Source: a virus. From it: a stretch of DNA of 64,000 nt. The notes beneath the pieces were generated by a model. It searched no databases. It worked only from the letters and a program-made list of their open reading frames with translations, and was not told where the DNA came from. Positions 59,875 to 64,000 of this stretch are shown here, piece after piece (position 1 is the first letter of the stretch; each line of letters begins with the position of its first letter). Where the stretch lies: IMG/VR virus record IMGVR_UViG_3300012000_000001, positions 133,027-197,026 of that record, one strand, 5' to 3'. Position numbers and translations under genes: made by a program.

Positions 59875-59963
59875 GATAACCTCCGTTACAAACTATAGAC
59901 ATAGCTTAACTGTTAAAATTGGCCCATTATTATGGCACCAATAGATTCACGCGAATCTAGTAT

Positions 59964-59991
59964 ATCTTAGATTGTATCTTTGTTGTGTCAA
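59964..59991 (-). promoter_or_regulatory. Sigma70-type promoter for Hsp20 gene
   Basis: TTGACA-N16-TAAGAT. Confidence 0.6.
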
Positions 59992-60167
59992 GTCCAAAAA
60001 TCTCTGCGATTGATCTCTTTATTCTCACCAGATTTTACTGAAAGATTATTGCCCCATAACAATAGAAAAATTCCAAAAACAACATAGTAATTTGAATGGT
60101 AGCCAACAATAGCGGCTCCCACAAAACCTAAAAGTAATCCCAATATACTAGATATTAGTTTGCTCAT
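59988..60167 (-). CDS. 59-aa membrane protein
   Basis: Manual translation MSKLISSILGLLLGFVGAAIVG...; two hydrophobic segments. Confidence 0.55.
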   Translation of the reverse strand: MSKLISSILGLLLGFVGAAIVGYHSNYYVVFGIFLLLWGNNLSVKSGENKEINRRDFWT

Positions 60168-60364
60168 ACCACTTCCTCATTGATATGTTTTTGTAGCATA
60201 ATTGTTTCCATCATAGATGATAAAGATGATATTTCAGCAGTGCTTAGTTCTAGATTTAATGACTCTCCATTTGGTTTTACGATTGTAAAAAATACAATAT
60301 CTTTGTTCAGATTATCTGACCGTATAGATATTTTATGGTTATCTGTTGTTAGTATAGATGGCAT
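60164..60364 (-). CDS. Hypothetical protein
   Basis: ORF track. Confidence 0.6.
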   Translation of the reverse strand: MPSILTTDNHKISIRSDNLNKDIVFFTIVKPNGESLNLELSTAEISSLSSMMETIMLQKHINEEVV

Positions 60365-60510
60365 ATAACTCCTCTAATCTTTTTTCTAGATGCTTTATGT
60401 TTTGTTTGATCAGAATTATTTCTTTCATAATGGCTGATGATCCATAATATAATTCTTTGTTTGATTCCATAATTTTGTCGTATATATTTGCTATGTTTTT
60501 GCTGATTAAT

Positions 60511-60708
60511 TTACCAGTGACGAATTGTGTTAGCTATAATAAATCCGCATGTGATGAAGTTTACCAAAATAATAGTAAGTTTAACCCAAAATGCCGTCCA
60601 TGCTTCAATTTGAGTTAGTATAGGAATGTTTGGAGCATCATAGTCATCTTGTCCTACTCTATGATCTATTGCTCTAGCTAGTATAAGTATTGGACGATAT
60701 AGTTTCAT
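60511..60708 (-). CDS. Small membrane protein
   Basis: ORF track. Confidence 0.65.
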   Translation of the reverse strand: MKLYRPILILARAIDHRVGQDDYDAPNIPILTQIEAWTAFWVKLTIILVNFITCGFIIANTIRHW

Positions 60709-61223
60709 TTAGTTTCCCATGGAAAAAGTATCCATCTTTGGTCTTTGTTTCTATCTATAGTAATACTTTTATAATGAACACGAAAATCCTGAGATCTATT
60801 AAAAATTAGTGCGCATGTACGAGCATGTTTAAATCCATAAATCCTTAATTCATCTAGAATACTATGAAAAGTTTTTCCACTATCGCAAATATCATCGACA
60901 ATCAGAATATTACTATCTCTATTTAGTTCATTAACTTCATATAGTCTCACTTTATTGTCATCACTATCTCGTAACTGACAACTCATCATAATTAAGGGTT
61001 TATTGAATCGATGACTCAGAGCTATTGCGGGGATTAAACCCCCTCGTTTTACTCCAACTATATAGTCTGGAATCCAATTATCGGTAAGAAGCTGATGTTC
61101 CAAATTGTTTACATGAATATCAAAATCTTGCCATGAACATACTATTTTTTCTTGAGTTAGTGTTTTCATTTTAATTACGATATTTTCTGATTGAATAGTT
61201 TTTGTAGTTCTGTAAAACTCCAC
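60705..61223 (-). CDS. Purine phosphoribosyltransferase (Gpt-like)
   Basis: GVKRGGLIPA, LIVDDICDSGKT, WILFPWE. Confidence 0.88.
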   Translation of the reverse strand: MEFYRTTKTIQSENIVIKMKTLTQEKIVCSWQDFDIHVNNLEHQLLTDNWIPDYIVGVKRGGLIPAIALSHRFNKPLIMMSCQLRDSDDNKVRLYEVNELNRDSNILIVDDICDSGKTFHSILDELRIYGFKHARTCALIFNRSQDFRVHYKSITIDRNKDQRWILFPWETK

Positions 61224-61754
61224 GGTTGTCCGAATGGTTTATTATAGTTGATAGTGTTATCCACACCAACATCTAAAGTTAATCTATTTGACGATCTATC
61301 TTCATGATCTAGTCTGGAATGTACATGACCATATAAATGATAGCTACCTTTATGGCTTGACGGCCAAGAACGATGAGGATAATGGCTTAAAAAGATTTTT
61401 TTGTTACAATATGTGATTTCTTTAACGTCATATAATGAGGTAAAGCCATTCATATCAGTAGTAATTTCATTTATGTAATAATCTGTACGTTTGTCATGAT
61501 TACCAAAAATTAAATGCACATTTCTACAATTTATATGAACCCTATAATCTAGTGGTTTTTTGCCCTTGAAACAAAAATCTCCAAGTATGTATAGAGTATC
61601 ATCATGCTTTACAACTGTGTTTATGTTGTCAAATATGGTTTTATTCATATGATGAGCATCAGTAAACGGACGATTACAATGTTTAATTATATTATAATGA
61701 CCTTAGTTAGCCCGAAGGCTAACCAAAGTGAGTATCAGATATAAAATATATCAT
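61175..61754 (-). CDS. Calcineurin-like metallophosphoesterase, predicted to need a 19-nt translational bypass at 61721-61703
   Basis: MIYFISDTHFG (61754-61722) + HYNIIKHCNRPF...LGDF...GNHD...SH...LYGHVH...DVGVD in a different frame. Confidence 0.85.
61700..61726 (-). other. Putative programmed ribosomal bypass (hop) element
   Basis: GGT TAG CCTTCGGG CTAACTAA GGT: matched take-off/landing GGU, stop codon after take-off, 10-bp stem with C(UUCG)G loop. Confidence 0.75.
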
Positions 61755-61758
61755 AATA

Positions 61759-62610
61759 TCACTTATTATTTTTCCTTTCGTATCTTTGTCCATCTTTATA
61801 TGCTGAAATTAGATTTCTGCAAAGTTCTTGCTCTGCCCAGTTTCCTGTATAAGATTCAATCTTATCAAACAACTCGTCTATTGTCAAGTGGTCAGCATCA
61901 ACGTATCTTGTTTTCTTTTTGCTTATATTCTGTCTAGCAGTTAATATTTGACAGTTTGATGGGTGTCTAAGTATTTCTGGAAAAATACCAAGATCAAATC
62001 CAGTTTTTCTGGATAGCATATGATCTCGTACTACTCCAGAAATATTATTTACATTATGAAACACACCATGCTTTGCAAGCAATTTGATTTGTTTTTTATC
62101 TGTTATTAAATCAAACATTCTTTCTATCCAATCAGCTTCTTTATAATAGATTTCAAAATCACTTTTATCTTGCAAAGGAATCCAGTATCCTGAAGATTCC
62201 ATTTTTTGTCTGTGTTTAATTCTGTATTCTTCTGTCCATTTTGCTCTAGATTTTTCTCCAATAATTTTCTTTGATTGTGCTGAATGAGGTCTAGAATATG
62301 ATTCTGAGCTTCTGTGTCCATGACAAGCTTTTATTCTTTCTGGACTGAATTTTTTCCCCCTATTTGCTGTTCCAGCTTTGTATCTAAATTCATCTGTGAT
62401 TTTTGATTTTATTAATTTGGATTGTTTATTTTTTCGTTGTTTGGACCATCTTTTATCAAAGTTAGGATTATTTACTCCAATCATTGAAGATTTCATATTT
62501 ATTGCATGACATTTTTTGCTACAACAAGTCGATTTGCCCTTGGTCTGTGAAACATATCTAGTAAAAATTTTATGACATACTGGACATTCAAATGTGAGAT
62601 TTTTAGACAT
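61759..62610 (-). mobile_element. NUMOD3/HNH-type homing endonuclease (start MSKNL at 62610)
   Basis: Zn-finger, NUMOD3-like NNPNF.K / RGKKFS.E / HS..SKKII; C-terminal VRDH...HPSNCQIL...N; AAAGGAG RBS. Confidence 0.8.
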
Positions 62611-62650
62611 ATTATGTAACTCCTTTAAAATACAATACACCAAAACTGAT

Positions 62651-62689
62651 TTAATGCCCAAAATGAGTATCGCTAGTAAAGTATATCAT
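62651..62689 (-). pseudogene. Stranded original 5' end of the metallophosphoesterase gene (MIYFTSDTHFGH*)
   Basis: 12 codons then TAA; ATGA-coupled to the upstream gene; duplicate of 61754-61722. Confidence 0.8.
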
Positions 62690-63060
62690 GATTTATAGTC
62701 AGGATTATGTAATCCATGCGGTATGTAATCTCCTGATTCTTCATAATATTTATATGTTGTATTCATTTCTTCTTTATGCCATTTGGATACAGTTTCTAAA
62801 GCTTCATCTAGCGTATTAAAACAATGTGTTCTATGAGGTCCAAATACATATGAACCTATACATACTGCTGTGATAGGAAGCTCGCAATTAGGATCTTCCC
62901 AATAATTACCAAACTCTAAACTAATATGACCTTCTCCACTTTTACATCCGCAATCTTTGCAGTTGTCAAAATAATGGTCATACGCCTCTTTTAAAAGACG
63001 ACGAATCTTGAGAAGCTTTTCTTTATTTGTCATTTGATCTGGCTTTTTCTTTTGTTTCAT
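62686..63060 (-). CDS. Hypothetical protein
   Basis: ORF track. Confidence 0.65.
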   Translation of the reverse strand: MKQKKKPDQMTNKEKLLKIRRLLKEAYDHYFDNCKDCGCKSGEGHISLEFGNYWEDPNCELPITAVCIGSYVFGPHRTHCFNTLDEALETVSKWHKEEMNTTYKYYEESGDYIPHGLHNPDYKS

Positions 63061-63532
63061 ACTCTTCCTGAGTTAAGTATTTCTGTTTTTCCATATCAAA
63101 ACTTGAGAATGTTCCCATACCCATACAATGTCCACAAACTACTTTTCCCATTTTCGGGCCAGCAGCGCCATATTCTTGGAGCAAAATTTTATAGTGATTA
63201 TTAACGCTTTCACAATAGTCATAATGCTCACCGTATGGTAGTTTAACACACTTTGGGCATCTGTCAACCTTTAGATGTTTGTTAAGGTATAATGCCATTT
63301 TAGCATCAAACATAATTTTATTAACATCTTCTTCTCTTTCTCCAGTACCTTTGCAATACAAACATTTGATGAAGATTTCTTTGTGTTTCTCATTATAAGA
63401 TTGTAGTCTTTGTGCTTTAAGATAGTCATATAGGTTATACTTATCCCAAGGTAGTAGTGGAGAGAACACTACTATTATAAGCGCTAAAGAGAATAATACT
63501 ATAAGAGTATCTACAATTTCTTTTTTATTCAT
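63023..63532 (-). CDS. Membrane-anchored protein with DnaJ-type CxxCxGxG zinc motifs
   Basis: CLYCKGTG and CGHCMGMG. Confidence 0.65.
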   Translation of the reverse strand: MNKKEIVDTLIVLFSLALIIVVFSPLLPWDKYNLYDYLKAQRLQSYNEKHKEIFIKCLYCKGTGEREEDVNKIMFDAKMALYLNKHLKVDRCPKCVKLPYGEHYDYCESVNNHYKILLQEYGAAGPKMGKVVCGHCMGMGTFSSFDMEKQKYLTQEEYETKEKARSNDK

Positions 63533-63685
63533 GAAAGTAACTCTATTAGTTTACAAATTCCTAAACCCAATAATCCTACTGTAGTAATTAATCCTACAAC
63601 AGTAAGTATAAGGAAAAAATTAACAGTAAATTTAACAAACTTTTTAACCATTGGATCATTTTCTATGATTTTTTTTAGATCAGGT

Positions 63686-63931
63686 TCAGACATAATCAAA
63701 GCACTCTACTTTCTTTATTTGACTTGTTCTATTAACTACTTCTACATCTTGAATATATTCCTTAGCTTTTTCTATAGTATAGAACTTTAATATGGTTTTA
63801 GGTGGAGAAAATTCTGGAGCGCCGCCTCTATAAGCCCACATATAACTCCAGAATAACCAGCCTTTCTTTAGTATCTGATACCATTCATGTCCATTACCAT
63901 CTACAAATTTACAGATTTTGTATTTACTCAT
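63686..63931 (-). CDS. Hypothetical protein
   Basis: ORF track. Confidence 0.6.
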   Translation of the reverse strand: MSKYKICKFVDGNGHEWYQILKKGWLFWSYMWAYRGGAPEFSPPKTILKFYTIEKAKEYIQDVEVVNRTSQIKKVECFDYV

Positions 63932-64000
63932 AGTCCTTGCAACCTATTAATTGAATCTCTTTAGATTTTTCTTCTTCTATAAGTCTTTTAATAGTAGCCT

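Noticed and set aside
59875-59991. CIRCE/HrcA operator before Hsp20
   Set aside because: The TTAGCACTC-N9-GAGTGCTAA consensus is absent.
60368-60510. Readthrough extension after the TAA of the 60511 gene
   Set aside because: The frame is open for about 47 codons but is AT-rich, lacks motifs and is compatible with chance.
2209-61937. Numerous short plus-strand and out-of-frame ORFs in the track (e.g. 20897, 24022, 29146, 30140, 32331, 42747, 57845)
   Set aside because: They are antisense or alternate-frame shadows of well-supported genes; VGVGV repeats simply mirror TP codons.
61700-62689. Group I intron explanation for the split phosphoesterase
   Set aside because: Only about 55 nt separate the HEG stop from the resumed coding region, there is no P4-P7 core, no U-preceded 5' / G-ending 3' junction restores the frame, and the N-terminus is duplicated rather than spliced.
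1-64000. Genome-wide stop-codon reassignment
   Set aside because: Standard-code ORFs tile the window and genes end in TAA, TGA and TAG (e.g. ruvB TAG); the two internal stops are isolated cases.

Overview
An AT-rich, gene-dense 64-kb segment of a large tailed dsDNA (jumbo-type) phage. It carries rIIA/rIIB, an ATP-dependent ligase, ThyX, endonuclease VII, several HNH homing endonucleases, tRNA-Leu(TAA) and a tmRNA. Almost all genes run on the minus strand; the exceptions are a plus-strand glycosylation cassette (12.5-18.7 kb) and two HNH genes. A TAT-signal DUF1501 gene suggests a Planctomycetota host (inference). The left third holds a large glycosylation/methylation cluster, including eukaryote-type GT15 and GT60 enzymes, next to Thr/Pro mucin-like Cys-rich proteins, two serine proteases, an actin-like ATPase and RuvB with an unusual Zn-finger/RuvA-C partner. 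The right two thirds are early/middle genes driven by near-consensus sigma70 promoters. The most striking feature is at 61.7-62.7 kb. A NUMOD/HNH homing endonuclease has inserted after codon 12 of a metallophosphoesterase gene and supplies a duplicate N-terminus. That copy is interrupted by GGU-UAG in a C(UUCG)G hairpin followed by a matched GGU 19 nt later. This closely resembles the T4 gene 60 ribosomal bypass / mobA cassette. All annotations come from motif recognition by eye; no database searches were run.
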